Shown here piece after piece: positions 39,341 to 50,100 of a stretch of DNA of 64,000 bases. Location: NCBI GenBank assembly GCA_963663545.1, contig OY760505.1:1184001-1248000 (forward strand), in the 5' to 3' direction. A program made the translations under genes and the position numbers. The notes beneath the pieces were generated by a model that was not told the origin of the DNA, did not search any database, and saw only the letters and a program-made list of their open reading frames with translations. Within the stretch, counting starts at the first letter, position 1, and the number at the start of each line of letters is the position of its first letter. This stretch comes from Candidatus Delongbacteria bacterium (lineage in GTDB: Bacteria; CAIWAD01).

Positions 39341-40060
39341 CTAGAAGTAGTAGTTGAGGGAGATTGCGGAGTAGCTGAGCTTGATGCTCAGATCAATCTC
39401 GTCGTTCCAATCGCTAGTGGAGCTGCTGCTATCCCACTCATTAGAACTGCTATCCGAGTCTTCAACCTTGTTGAAGAGCATGCGGATGCCGTACTCTCCA
39501 CCAACGCTGAAATGCTCGCTGAAGAAGTACTCCACACCACCACCAAGGGTCAGACCCCAGAAGCTGAGCACTTCCTTGGCGAAATCCTCGGCTTCTCCAT
39601 CGTCTCCCGAGTCCTTGTAGATGCCGTGATCAACCAACTCAGTTCCTTCGAAATCCCAATACTCTGTGGTATTGCTTGTCTCAACACTGACAAAGGGCAT
39701 CGAGAAGAAGACACTTCCCAACAGATAGGGACGAATCCCACTGTCTTTGAAGTAGTACTTGGCTCCAATCTGTGGGAGGATCAGCAGCGCGCTTCCTTCA
39801 TACTCATCCGTTTCAAGCTCGCGATACCCGTAATCCGAGTATTCGCTATGGTAAGTGTAGTCGTCAGTGGTAGTATTCGACACCTTGATGCCGACAATAT
39901 CGAGTCCGAGGAAGGGAAGCAGGCGCCCCTGCTGCATACCTAAATACGCTGAGTTCAGCGTTGCCCCGGGCTTGACGCCAAAGACGAGACTACTCTCTGC
40001 CTGAACCGGAGCCAGAAGCGCAACGCTCAGAAGTCCAGCAAGCAAGCACATTCCACGCAT
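39341..40060 (-). CDS. Outer-membrane beta-barrel protein
   Basis: Signal peptide, GAKYYF, GGGVEYFF..HFSVGGEYG, terminal LNYYF; very acidic loops. Confidence 0.85.
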   Translation of the reverse strand: MRGMCLLAGLLSVALLAPVQAESSLVFGVKPGATLNSAYLGMQQGRLLPFLGLDIVGIKVSNTTTDDYTYHSEYSDYGYRELETDEYEGSALLILPQIGAKYYFKDSGIRPYLLGSVFFSMPFVSVETSNTTEYWDFEGTELVDHGIYKDSGDDGEAEDFAKEVLSFWGLTLGGGVEYFFSEHFSVGGEYGIRMLFNKVEDSDSSSNEWDSSSSTSDWNDEIDLSIKLSYSAISLNYYF

Positions 40061-40312
40061 ATCTACTCCTTTGTGATTCAAGAAACAGCAAGAGAGAAAC
40101 AGCGAGCGGAATCTACTCATGCTCTTTCTTGATCAATTTCCCGCTTGTGCAGGTTTTCCCATGAGATTCGTGTGTCACACAGAACTGCATGCTGTGTGCG
40201 CTCCCCATTGTAACAAATCGGAGTATTCAGAAGAACAAAAAAGCCCCCAGCCAGCTTTCGCTATCGGGGGCGAGTGATCGTACAAAGGCCCTGTAGAGGG
40301 TTGAAAGTTAAC

Positions 40313-41866
40313 CTAGCGCACCAGCACCATTTTCTTGCTCAGACTGCCCGCATCGCTTTGCAACGTGTACACATAGACGCCGCTGCTAAGATCGCTTGCA
40401 TCGAAGCTAAGTGTGTGTGCACCAGCTTCCATCAGACCACTTGCCAACACGGCTACTTCCTGTCCGGCCAAATTGTACACCGCCAACGTTGCCGGGCCTG
40501 TCTCGGTCAAACTGAAGCTGATGCTCGTGCTGGGATTGAAAGGATTCGGGTAATTCTGCTCCAAAGCAAAGCCAGTGGGGGTTTCTTCGGCTGCGGCCGA
40601 TCCACAGTTCTCCACATCGATGCGCACTTCGTAGTCACCGCAGATTTCGTAGTAGCCAGTTAGAATGAGGTAGTACTCGCCAGGAGGAAGCGGTTGGTCG
40701 CAACTGTACTGAAACTCGGCCATGTAATTGTCTGCTTCAAGTCCATCGTTGTACAGCACAAAGTCTGCTTCCGGGTCGAACTCTGGATCACAAGGCGAAT
40801 GATCAGCAAAAAGATATACATCGGTATCATAGTCCGTGCCGGGCAGGACCGTTGTAAGCGTGAAAGCCAGGGGCTGTTCTGTTTCCAGGCGATAGCAAAC
40901 ATCGCCAGAGTAGCTGGCCACCACATCCGGTGCAAGGATGTTGTCGCCGGTGTCTGTCCAGTGTCCGCCGGTCAGGTCAATCTCGGTGATACTCTGGTCC
41001 AGACAGGGATCGTAGTCGCAGGGCAGATACTGAACAAAGAGCTCATAGTCGCCCACAAACATTTCACTTGAATCGACCACCAGGTAGTAGGTGCCGGCGT
41101 CCAGGCAGCCAGTGTTGGTAAAAAAGCCAAAAAAGAACACCAGATCATCAGGATCCTGGCTACCCAACAAGAACACATTGTGGAAGTAGTTTCCCGTTGT
41201 GCCAAAGCGCAGAGTGGTCGGCTCGGTTAGAACAAGCTCGTAGGCGACTTCAGGACCGTCGAATCCGCCAAAGAGGAGATAATCGTTGATTGCACTGCTG
41301 CACTCTAGGTCGGTTGTTCCCTCGTAATATCCTGTTTCTGTAATAACTTCCATATCAGCGAACGGATCGCAGGGTTCATCTGTCTGACAGGAAGTACAAG
41401 TCAAGGTCAGAGTGTACTCAGCAAACGCCCAGTCCCAGTTGTTGACGACGATGAAGTAATGACCGGGCTCTTGACACTCCCTGACAATGCTCTCGTTGTC
41501 AGTCATGCTCTCGCTGTAATCAACTTCATAGACTGAATCACAGGTACCGCGATATAGATACAAGTCCAAGTCGGAATCGGAGTCGGAGAAGAGCAGTTCG
41601 ATTTCAAGGGTTTGGCTAGTAGCGATGTCCAATGCATAGAAGTGCGTGAGCACCGTTGATGACAACTCGCTCTCTACCACCTGTCCGCAGCTGATGGGAA
41701 TGGCATCCTCGCAGGTTTGCCCACTCTCTCCGTCTCTGGATGCCGTAGCTGCAAACAGATCGCGGTCCCCCTTGCTCCTGTCGTACGCTCTATCCCGGTC
41801 AGCGTACGCGCTTGCCGCAAACGCACACAGCAGACCGAGCGCTAACAAGCACTTCGCTGTCTTCAT
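40313..41866 (-). CDS. Secreted Cys-rich PPC-like domain protein with C-terminal sorting domain
   Basis: Signal peptide; DLDLYLY, GPEVAY, DTDVYLF modules; QNYPNPFNP...KKMVLVR. Confidence 0.88.
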   Translation of the reverse strand: MKTAKCLLALGLLCAFAASAYADRDRAYDRSKGDRDLFAATASRDGESGQTCEDAIPISCGQVVESELSSTVLTHFYALDIATSQTLEIELLFSDSDSDLDLYLYRGTCDSVYEVDYSESMTDNESIVRECQEPGHYFIVVNNWDWAFAEYTLTLTCTSCQTDEPCDPFADMEVITETGYYEGTTDLECSSAINDYLLFGGFDGPEVAYELVLTEPTTLRFGTTGNYFHNVFLLGSQDPDDLVFFFGFFTNTGCLDAGTYYLVVDSSEMFVGDYELFVQYLPCDYDPCLDQSITEIDLTGGHWTDTGDNILAPDVVASYSGDVCYRLETEQPLAFTLTTVLPGTDYDTDVYLFADHSPCDPEFDPEADFVLYNDGLEADNYMAEFQYSCDQPLPPGEYYLILTGYYEICGDYEVRIDVENCGSAAAEETPTGFALEQNYPNPFNPSTSISFSLTETGPATLAVYNLAGQEVAVLASGLMEAGAHTLSFDASDLSSGVYVYTLQSDAGSLSKKMVLVR

Positions 41867-41913
41867 GATGTTCTCCCGTTCTGTGGAATGTCACCGTTTG
41901 ATACAGAGAACAC

Positions 41914-41929
41914 AGCAGAATTCGTGCCA
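41914..41929 (-). promoter_or_regulatory. Putative sigma54 -24/-12 promoter
   Basis: Minus strand TGGCACGAATTCTGCT, about 50 bp before the ATG. Confidence 0.75.
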
Positions 41930-42158
41930 CGAAGGTCACACTAATAATACGAGACTTAGCAGGTGATTGGTCTCATTCGCTCAAAAATCTTGTTCAAGAT
42001 ACGCCAGGAAGCGTTGTGTATTGAACAGTAATTAACTTCATGATTAAAATAACCCTATACATATCAGTAAATCATAAAGTAGCAGACAATCAAATAGCGA
42101 ACAGTGCTATAGATCCGCGTCTACCGCAATGCAAGTGTAGAGCAATCCAGCATGGGCA

Positions 42159-42191
42159 GAAAAAACCCCGACCTTCTTGCGAAGGTCGGGG
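42159..42191 (-). terminator. Intrinsic terminator
   Basis: CCCCGACCTTC-TTGC-GAAGGTCGGGG with a 5' A-run (U-tail on the minus strand). Confidence 0.85.
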
Positions 42192-42239
42192 CCGATTCTT
42201 GCAGAAATCTACGCGCCCACAGGGGGGGCAAAGCAACGC

Positions 42240-44168
42240 TTAGCGGACCAGCACCATCTTGTGCGTGGCGACCTGGCCATTGGCACTCAGGGTGTAGAAA
42301 TACACACCACTGGTCAGGTTGCTGGCATCGAAGGTCACAGTATGCGTACCGCTCTCAACCATGCCGTTCACCAGAGTGGCGACCTGCTGGCCAGCCAGGT
42401 TGTAGACAGCCAAATTCACCATGCCGGTCTCAACCGTGAACTCGATATTCGTGGTCGGGTTGAAGGGGTTCGGATAGTTCTGCGACAGGGCGAAGTCAAC
42501 CGGAGTCTCAACTGCGGCAGCCGGGTTGCAATCGACTACGTCGACGTGAAGCTCGAAGTTACCGGAAGCACTTTCGTAACCGGAAATCAGCACGTAATAG
42601 GTACCAGCGGGCAGCATGCCGTCGCAATCAAAGAGGACATGGGTTGCAAAGTCTTCGGCATACAGACCGTCGTTGCAGCCCAGGTAATTGGTGGCTTCAT
42701 CGTACTCGTCATCACAGGGCATGTAGTTCCAGAAGTAGTAGGAATCGGTGTCAAAGTCGGTGCCCGCAAAATAGGTGTTGATTTCAATGGCAGTGGGCTC
42801 GGCCAATGTCAGGCTGAAGCACACATCACCAGCAGTGGTGCCGTAGACGTCTGGGGCACCGACATTGCTACCCAAGGTCTCCCAATGGCCATCCACCAAC
42901 ACGATGTCGGTGCAAACCAGGTCATCACAAGGATCCTCAACCACGCCGCAATCATTGCAAGTCAAGGTCAGCGTGAAGTCACTGATGGCGCCATCATAAC
43001 CGTCCACAATGATGTAGTAGCTACCGGGATCCAGGCAAGTAGTGGTGAAACTGTTATCGCCATAAGCAATGGCTGCCGTCGGCGTGGCAGCGGGGCTCAG
43101 ATACGCATCGAGGTCAGCCGACATGCCACTCAGGGCAATGGTCAGCTCAGCCGCTGTCAGCAGCTCAAACGAGTAGGCCACTTCGGGACCGATCTCGGCG
43201 TAGCCGATTCCATAGTCGCTAATGACGCCTTCGCAGCCACCGTTGTTGCCGGTCACAACATCGCCACAAGCGATGGGCGTTGCATTCAGGAAGGGCTCGC
43301 AAGGTTCAACCACTCCGCCACACTCTTCGCAGGTCACTGTCAGAGTGAAGTCGGAAGCGGCGGTGCCATAACCATCAACCATGATGTAGTAGGTACCAGC
43401 CGTAACGCAATCCGTCACTGCGGTAGCATTGTTGTAGGCAATGCAGTCTGCGGGATCAGCTGAGGCCAGGATGAAAACATCCAGATCCGCACTCAGGTTG
43501 GTGATGGCCGCAGTGATTTCCATGTCCGCCGTAGTGGTCAACACGTAGGCGACTTCGGGTCCGCCCTCGTTCCAAGAGACGCAGCTGTAAGTGCTGATGG
43601 AGCTTTCGCAGTCGATGAGCGTGGTTCCCTGAACAACATCACCGCAGCTGATAGCAACGGCATCCAAGAAGGGCTCACAGGGATCGGGCTCAACAACGCA
43701 CTCAGTGCAGGTCAACCCCAAGGTGAAATCCATCTCGACGACATCCCAGTTGTCGATGCGGATTTTGTAGTCACCGGCGGCCAGGCAGTTCACGACGATC
43801 TGCTCGTTATCATCGTAGGTTGCGCTTTCACCCAACTCAGCCGTGCAATCGCCGTTCACCAGATAAAGATCCAGATCACCGTCATCGTAGACGGCGCTCA
43901 GGTCGATGGTCACGTCCGACGCTGCGGTCAGCGTGAAGGCATAATAGGTCTCGAACTCACCTAAGGTGTTGTCGACATCCGTACCGCCGCACACGATAGT
44001 CTCCGCCTCTTCACAGCTTGCTCCCCCACGAAGCGAACCATGCTCGGCACTATAAGCGGCCAGTCCCCTCTCAATCGCTTTTTTGTGGGTCATCGCCTTG
44101 TCTGCCAACGCGGGCAAGCTACAGGCACCAACCAAGGCTACGACAAGAAGTGTCTTGATCGAATTCAT
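42240..44168 (-). CDS. Secreted Cys-rich PPC-like repeat protein with C-terminal sorting domain (paralog of 40313-41866)
   Basis: Signal peptide; DLDLYL, two GPEVAY...ADLD...YYI.VDGY modules, DTDSYY module; QNYPNPFNP...KMVLVR. Confidence 0.9.
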   Translation of the reverse strand: MNSIKTLLVVALVGACSLPALADKAMTHKKAIERGLAAYSAEHGSLRGGASCEEAETIVCGGTDVDNTLGEFETYYAFTLTAASDVTIDLSAVYDDGDLDLYLVNGDCTAELGESATYDDNEQIVVNCLAAGDYKIRIDNWDVVEMDFTLGLTCTECVVEPDPCEPFLDAVAISCGDVVQGTTLIDCESSISTYSCVSWNEGGPEVAYVLTTTADMEITAAITNLSADLDVFILASADPADCIAYNNATAVTDCVTAGTYYIMVDGYGTAASDFTLTVTCEECGGVVEPCEPFLNATPIACGDVVTGNNGGCEGVISDYGIGYAEIGPEVAYSFELLTAAELTIALSGMSADLDAYLSPAATPTAAIAYGDNSFTTTCLDPGSYYIIVDGYDGAISDFTLTLTCNDCGVVEDPCDDLVCTDIVLVDGHWETLGSNVGAPDVYGTTAGDVCFSLTLAEPTAIEINTYFAGTDFDTDSYYFWNYMPCDDEYDEATNYLGCNDGLYAEDFATHVLFDCDGMLPAGTYYVLISGYESASGNFELHVDVVDCNPAAAVETPVDFALSQNYPNPFNPTTNIEFTVETGMVNLAVYNLAGQQVATLVNGMVESGTHTVTFDASNLTSGVYFYTLSANGQVATHKMVLVR

Positions 44169-44219
44169 TCGAATCTCCTGCTGTCTAGAATGTTAGTGTT
44201 TTAGGGCGAAGCGGCTACT

Positions 44220-44235
44220 TGCACAAACCATGCCG
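44220..44235 (-). promoter_or_regulatory. Putative sigma54 -24/-12 promoter
   Basis: Minus strand CGGCATGGTTTGTGCA, about 50 bp before the ATG. Confidence 0.7.
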
Positions 44236-44535
44236 AATACAATCCTAACACTAGAACGCTGTTTTCTTGAAAGTTAATCCTGTATCGATTTTCCATTCGT
44301 TGACAAGACTGTCGAGAATTGGTCACTCCAACCACTCTGCTTTGTCTGTGTGAAATAATGCGGTGTCCGAACAAAGCCTATACAAAGCTAACAAGGACGA
44401 CTTAGGGGCGAGATTTCAAACGGCCAAACGAGACCGAAATCGGAGGAAGAGAAAACCCCGGCCTTCTTGCGAAAACCGGAGTTGGATGAAATGGAAATCA
44501 CACAGCGAGCGATCGCTGGGCGATGAGAGAATCGA

Positions 44536-44847
44536 TCAGCACTTCTTCTTGCTTTTGTACACGCAGCTGGCCTTGGTACCACCGCCCCAGACTGAAACAG
44601 CTCCCATCAGAAAACCGAAATCGTACCAGGCGCCGGTGTTGTGCAACTCGTACATATGTACACTGCGATTGAAGATGTGCACGATGAGGCTGATCATTGA
44701 GATGGCGCCATGCCAGAGGCCCATCCAGAAGCCAGCCGGCGCATCCGCGGTGAAGCGCTCGTTGCCCGGAGTGCAGGCTGTACACAGAAGCAGCAGGCCA
44801 AGTACCGCCAGCAGCAGTCGTCCATGTTTATACAGTATGTTTCGCAT
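44536..44847 (-). CDS. Small hypothetical membrane lipoprotein
   Basis: AAGGAG RBS; LLCTAC lipobox; PAGFWMGLWHG...YELHNTGAWYDFGF. Confidence 0.75.
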   Translation of the reverse strand: MRNILYKHGRLLLAVLGLLLLCTACTPGNERFTADAPAGFWMGLWHGAISMISLIVHIFNRSVHMYELHNTGAWYDFGFLMGAVSVWGGGTKASCVYKSKKKC

Positions 44848-44857
44848 TTGTGTCTCC

Positions 44858-45472
44858 TTATTCTGTGCTTTTGTGCCCCAACTCGCATAGCAACAAGTTG
44901 GCTTTCACCACCAGTAGACGACAAGAGTTTTCGGTATGCAAACGAAAGTCTCGCACTGCATTGTCTGAAAGCAGTATCAGATGCCCCTGCGGAAGCAGAC
45001 TCGCGCCCGCTGGCGTTTCGACCAGCGCTTCGCCCTGATGCGCGTACAGCAGCAGGCTTTGCCAGGGCGCGGCCAGCCTCAACGCCTCAACCGAGTCGCC
45101 ACGCAGAAGAATCGAAGCGAGCTCGCCTTCGGCCTCGCCCATGCACATCAGGTTGAAATCCGTGCAGGTACCGGTGGCGGTGGTGATCCAGTCGCCGTCG
45201 AAGCACTCCAGCTCAAAGGGACGCAACTCTCGCATGTAGCGCTCTTCGTGCTCAAGGGTAATGGCCCCCTCGAGCAACATCAACTGACGACGTACACCAG
45301 GCAAGGAAGTGAAGTTGGAAGTCTCGGCTTCCACGCGCGCGGTGCTCAGGCGCAGGCTGAAGTCTCGATTCGCATAGCTGGCCTTAGGTGGCCACAGGAA
45401 AAGCTGTGTCGTTGTGCCGCCGGACCAAGTGGTAGTGGCAAAATCGGCGGGACCGTAGAGTCGCTGAAGCAT
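44858..45472 (-). CDS. HutD/Ves family protein
   Basis: WSGGTTTQL, RLSTARVE, FTSLPGVRRQL, FDGD, DFNLM. Confidence 0.88.
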   Translation of the reverse strand: MLQRLYGPADFATTTWSGGTTTQLFLWPPKASYANRDFSLRLSTARVEAETSNFTSLPGVRRQLMLLEGAITLEHEERYMRELRPFELECFDGDWITTATGTCTDFNLMCMGEAEGELASILLRGDSVEALRLAAPWQSLLLYAHQGEALVETPAGASLLPQGHLILLSDNAVRDFRLHTENSCRLLVVKANLLLCELGHKSTE

Positions 45473-45673
45473 TCTCGTCCTCAATCTCATGCATTGTACC
45501 CGGGCGCTCAAAGTGGCAAATGCAGTAAAAGAAAAAGAGAAGGATCCGCTCGTGAAGCGGCCGTCTCGATTTGGAAGATGTCTTCGTCTTCGCTATTCTT
45601 ATGGTCGCCTAAGTTTTTTCGCCACCAATCAGATTGTACTCAATGCACCATCGGGTACAGAGAGGAACACGAG

Positions 45674-46276
45674 ATGAATAGCCTAAAGCTGCATATGATC
45701 CAGCGACTTCCACTGGCCCTACTGCTGACCGGCATCTGCCTGGCACTCTCGCCGGCTACGGCCCGGGCCTGGGACGGCGAGCGCCAGGGCTTGCTGCTGG
45801 GCATCGGCGTGGGCGCGGGCGCCTACAGCTACTCGGGCGTTCAGCATGACCTGATCGGCCCAGGGGAGAAAACGGAATCCGGCATGGCGCTGGCCATCTC
45901 GCCGAAAATCGGCTACGCCATCAACAATCAGTGGGCGCTGCTCTACAGTCGTCACCCCTTCCTGTTTTCCGCCACCGACGACGCGGGCAAGGAGCACGAC
46001 ATGACGAGCTGTATCGAGTCCGTGGAAGTGCTCTACTTTCTGGACGAGCGCGCGCCCTCGCTCTACCTGGGCCTCGGCGCGGGGGTGGGCTACTTCTTCG
46101 ATGATAGCGTGAGCAACTACTCCAGCGAAGCGCTGAAAGGCGTTGGTCTGGTGGGCACGGTGGGCTACGAACCCTTCAAGCACGTGACGGCGGAACTCTC
46201 GCTGCACCTGAAGTCGCCACAGTCGGGGGCAACGGATCTGGGTGTGTCGCTGATTGTGAGTGTGCTGGGGTATTAG
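45674..46276 (+). CDS. Small outer-membrane beta-barrel protein
   Basis: GAGGA RBS, signal peptide ending ARA, G/Y-rich amphipathic strands, terminal aromatic residue. Confidence 0.75.
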   Translation: MNSLKLHMIQRLPLALLLTGICLALSPATARAWDGERQGLLLGIGVGAGAYSYSGVQHDLIGPGEKTESGMALAISPKIGYAINNQWALLYSRHPFLFSATDDAGKEHDMTSCIESVEVLYFLDERAPSLYLGLGAGVGYFFDDSVSNYSSEALKGVGLVGTVGYEPFKHVTAELSLHLKSPQSGATDLGVSLIVSVLGY

Positions 46277-46291
46277 GCGCATTCCGCACGA

Positions 46292-46615
46292 TCAGCTCGT
46301 GCGGAGTCGTTCCTCCACGGGAATGCGGTAGGCCGTCAGCTCGCGCTCAAGAGCAGCACACGGCTGTGTTTTCAAGGCAAACTGCAAAGGTGCTCTATCG
46401 CGAGCCCGTACGGTGACCACCGTCAGCCTGACCCAGATGACGTTGAAAAGGCCCACAACGAAGGAAACCACCGATAGGATAAGAGCAAAAACTACAGCCT
46501 GCGGATCCTCAAACAAGGCCGATCCATCAAACAAGTTGTCGAAGTTATGAAACAGCCACCACGCCACTCCGCAAAGGGCGCCGCCAACCAAGCTCTTCAA
46601 AAAAACACGCCGCAA
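46292..46615 (-). CDS. Hypothetical membrane protein
   Basis: 107 aa with two hydrophobic helices; TTG start, no recognisable motif. Confidence 0.4.
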   Translation of the reverse strand: MRRVFLKSLVGGALCGVAWWLFHNFDNLFDGSALFEDPQAVVFALILSVVSFVVGLFNVIWVRLTVVTVRARDRAPLQFALKTQPCAALERELTAYRIPVEERLRTS

Positions 46616-47159
46616 CTGCTGCCCGGGTCCCTAACCATTCTGCCTGCTGAGATAAAGGCTGCACACAGAAGCGATCCTCGTCCCCGGGCACATCACCCAC
46701 CCTCAGCAGATTGGAAAGTCAAAGTTCACCATCGGAGGTGTTCGACAGGTCGATCGCGCAAGCAATGCAAGCAAACAACAATGCGCTACCCATTGGCCAC
46801 GGGGCTTCGAGCACGTCAGCGCGCACAGTAACGATCGTTTCGATACGCCGCAATCTGAGAATAGCCGATTCCTAGCCGCAGTCAATCATCACAGAGCAAG
46901 AATACCTAGTTCCTACATCTCCTGTGATATCTCGGTTACTCCCAGGCTCACGTGTTACAACTGGTTGTGGCGCTCCGATCTCGTCCCCGATACCGATCCT
47001 GTTGTGCTGCAACAGGCCCGACCTGAAGGGTCGGCAGCGATACCGATTCTTGAAGCTAAGGACTCCTCCACGGATTCCCCTCCTCCCCGCGCCCGGCACT
47101 CCCTATATTGGTGACAACTGGTTCGATGGACCCACACCACAAAGCAGACTGGATGCGCC

Positions 47160-50100
47160 ATGGGAAGCCCGACCCGCCTCTCCGCCCTTCATCATGTTGC
47201 GAAAGACACCACCAGCCACCGGGATCGCGAAACGCGCCTTCGGGTTCTCGCGCTGCTTTTCGGGATAAGTCTGAGTACGCTTGTACTGGGAGCCGATGTC
47301 TATCCTTCGCGTGCCGCAGCAGATCGCGATAGCTCGTCTACCTCCCTTTCCCAATCGGTATCGGGATCGCTATCGGTATCGGTATCGAGTTTTGATTCTC
47401 AGTCACAAGCAGGCAGCGATGAATCTCAATCGAACCCGATCTCCGAATCCCCCACTCGCGAAAACTCTGCAACAGGAATCTTAAGCCGGAACTCGATACC
47501 GATACCGATCCCGATACCGACGGAACAAGATCCTGAACCCAAAGGCGATCGAACCGCCGCGCTGCCCTACACCACCAACCGCACACACCGCGTCGGCAAA
47601 GTCTGGCTGACGGTCAACAATTGGGGCTGGTTGGGCAACTTCAACGATTACAACGACGAGGCTTACGCCGATCCGGAGTACCTGGATTGGGCCCCCCAGT
47701 GTGAGTTTCCCGGCGGCAGCGATGTGCAATACCTCTTCGCTGCGGGGCTGTGGGTTGGCAGCTTGATCGTGGACGAATCTGGCTACACCTATCCGCGCGT
47801 GAGCACCGGCGCCGACGGACTGGTGGCGGGCGAAGCGCACGAGTTTTTCCCCGACGACCATACGGGCATCATCGAGCGCAGCACGCGCCTGAACGCCTAC
47901 AACCGCATGGGCGAATCCATTAGCGACGAAGCCGCCATCAGCGAGCAGGATTTCATCGCCGCCTACACCGACACGCTGGTGGATTCCTACCTGACGCCGT
48001 CCATCGAGGGTGTGATACACGAACCCCTTGGCCTGCGCGTGACACAAAAGAGCTACGCATGGAGCTACTCCTACGCTCAGGATATCCTCATCATTGACTA
48101 CGAAGTAGAGAACGTCGCCAGCAAACACCTGAAGAATCTCTTCATCGGTTTCTACGTAGACGCCGATGTCGGCCGCCGTGGCTACACCGAAAAAGCTCAG
48201 GACGATATCGCGGGCTTCATCACTCAGGCCTACGACAGCGCACGCGGACAATGGGTCGATGTCAACACAGCCTGGATTGCCGACAACGACGGTCGCGACG
48301 CCGACCGTGATACAGGAAGCAATCTCGGCTGTCCTCATGTGGCCGGAGTGCGCGTGTTACGCAGCCCAAATCCCAAACTGGAAACCAGCTTCAACTGGTG
48401 GACCTCCTCTGCGGACATCAGCCAGGATTTCGGGCCAAGCTGGCAGCGCTGGGCCACCTCCACCGACGGCGACTGGACCAGTCTGCGCGGAACGCCCATG
48501 AACGACGAAGAGAAGTACTTCATCCTTAGCAATGGCGAGTTCGACTACGACCAGGTGCATGTGGCCAACAGCAGCTACGTAAACGCCAACCCTCAACGCT
48601 GGTACAGCGAAAGCGGCAGTGTAACACGCGAGGAGGCCTGGCAGGATCCCGCCACCAACACCGTGGACGCCGTGGATGTTGGCAACGGTTATGATACGCG
48701 CTACCTGATTTCCTGGGGACCAATGGGTATCTACGACTACACCGATGCCAGCGGCAAATGGATCTACCGCCTGAACCCCGGCGAGAAGTTCTCTTTCACG
48801 GTCTCACTGGTCATGGGCCGCAATTTCCACGACCGCAATCAACCGCAAGTGATGAATGCCGAAACCATTGACGAGGAGCTTTTCGATCCCCGCAATCTGG
48901 AAAACAGCGCTTTGTGGGCGGCGCGTATCTACGACAATGAGATGCACGACACGCCCCTCTTCGACTTCGGCGAGGACGGCATCCCCGGCACACTGGACCT
49001 GGGCGAAGGGGACGGCCTGCTGGATACTGGCGACGGCTGGTACGGCGAAGATGCGGGCAGCGACGGGCTTTACGCCGAGCTCCCCGCCGATCGCGACAGT
49101 GTAGCCGTCTGGTATTTCGGCCAGTTCATGGGTTGGTACAAAGGCCCCGATGCGGACGGCAGCGAAAACAACGGCATCCTGGACCCCGGCGAGGACGAGC
49201 TGCTGTGGTCGCTGGCCACTTTCAGCGCCGACTCGGGTTACGTGTATGCGGGTCCGCGATTCACGGATCACGGCCATACCTGGGTCGACGATGGACAGAA
49301 TGGTCGCGTCGCCTGGACCCTGGGCCAGTACGAGAACGACTGGTTCATCGGCCATCTGAACTTGAACGGTGTGCTGGATCGCGGCGATGGCATCCCCGAC
49401 TTCCAGGGCCCACCGCCGCCACCGCCTCCCTCGCTTTTCGCAGAGACCAGCGAGGACGAGATCATTCTGCGCTGGGGCAACAACTCAGAGAACTACGTGG
49501 ATCCCTTCAGCCACATTCGCGATTTCGAGGGCTACAACATCTGGGTGAGCAACCAGAACCTTGAGGACGGCTACAGCCTGCTGGCCTCTTTCGACCGTCT
49601 GGACTTCGGTTACTACGACCGCGATGGCTATCTGCGCACGCCGCCCGACACGCGCCCCTACGAAGAAGCACCGCTGGATACCACCAGTGAAGGCTGGTTC
49701 CGGCAGCCCATCGGCCCCAACAACGGCCTTGCCGCAATTCGCAATCCGCACGGCTGGCACGAAGCCTTTGTGGATCTGAACGGCGACCTGGTCTACAACG
49801 CGCCGGAAGCCTATGCCGATGTCAACCGCAACGGCCAGTACGATGAGGGCGAGCCCTTTGAAGACGTGAACTACAACCGTAGTTGGGATGCGGGCGAGAC
49901 CTACACCGACGAGAACGGCAACGGCAACTATGACGTGGCCGCAGACTACACGGTTTACGAGTATCACATCGGTCCGGTGCGCGCGCACTTCCCACGCTGG
50001 TATGCGGTAACCGCCTGGGACTTCGGCGACTTCCTGAGCGGTACGGAACCGCTGGAAAGCGCTTGCACGGCCAACGCACTGCAGCTGGCGCCCTCGGGCG

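Noticed and set aside
44981..45673. N-terminal extension of the 431-aa ORF
   Set aside because: Overlaps the HutD gene antisense; RBS and signal peptide support a start at 45674.
46616..47159. Short ORFs upstream of the large secreted gene
   Set aside because: No coherent coding signal; only degenerate hexamer repeats and a small hairpin (CCGACC-TGAAG-GGTCGG).
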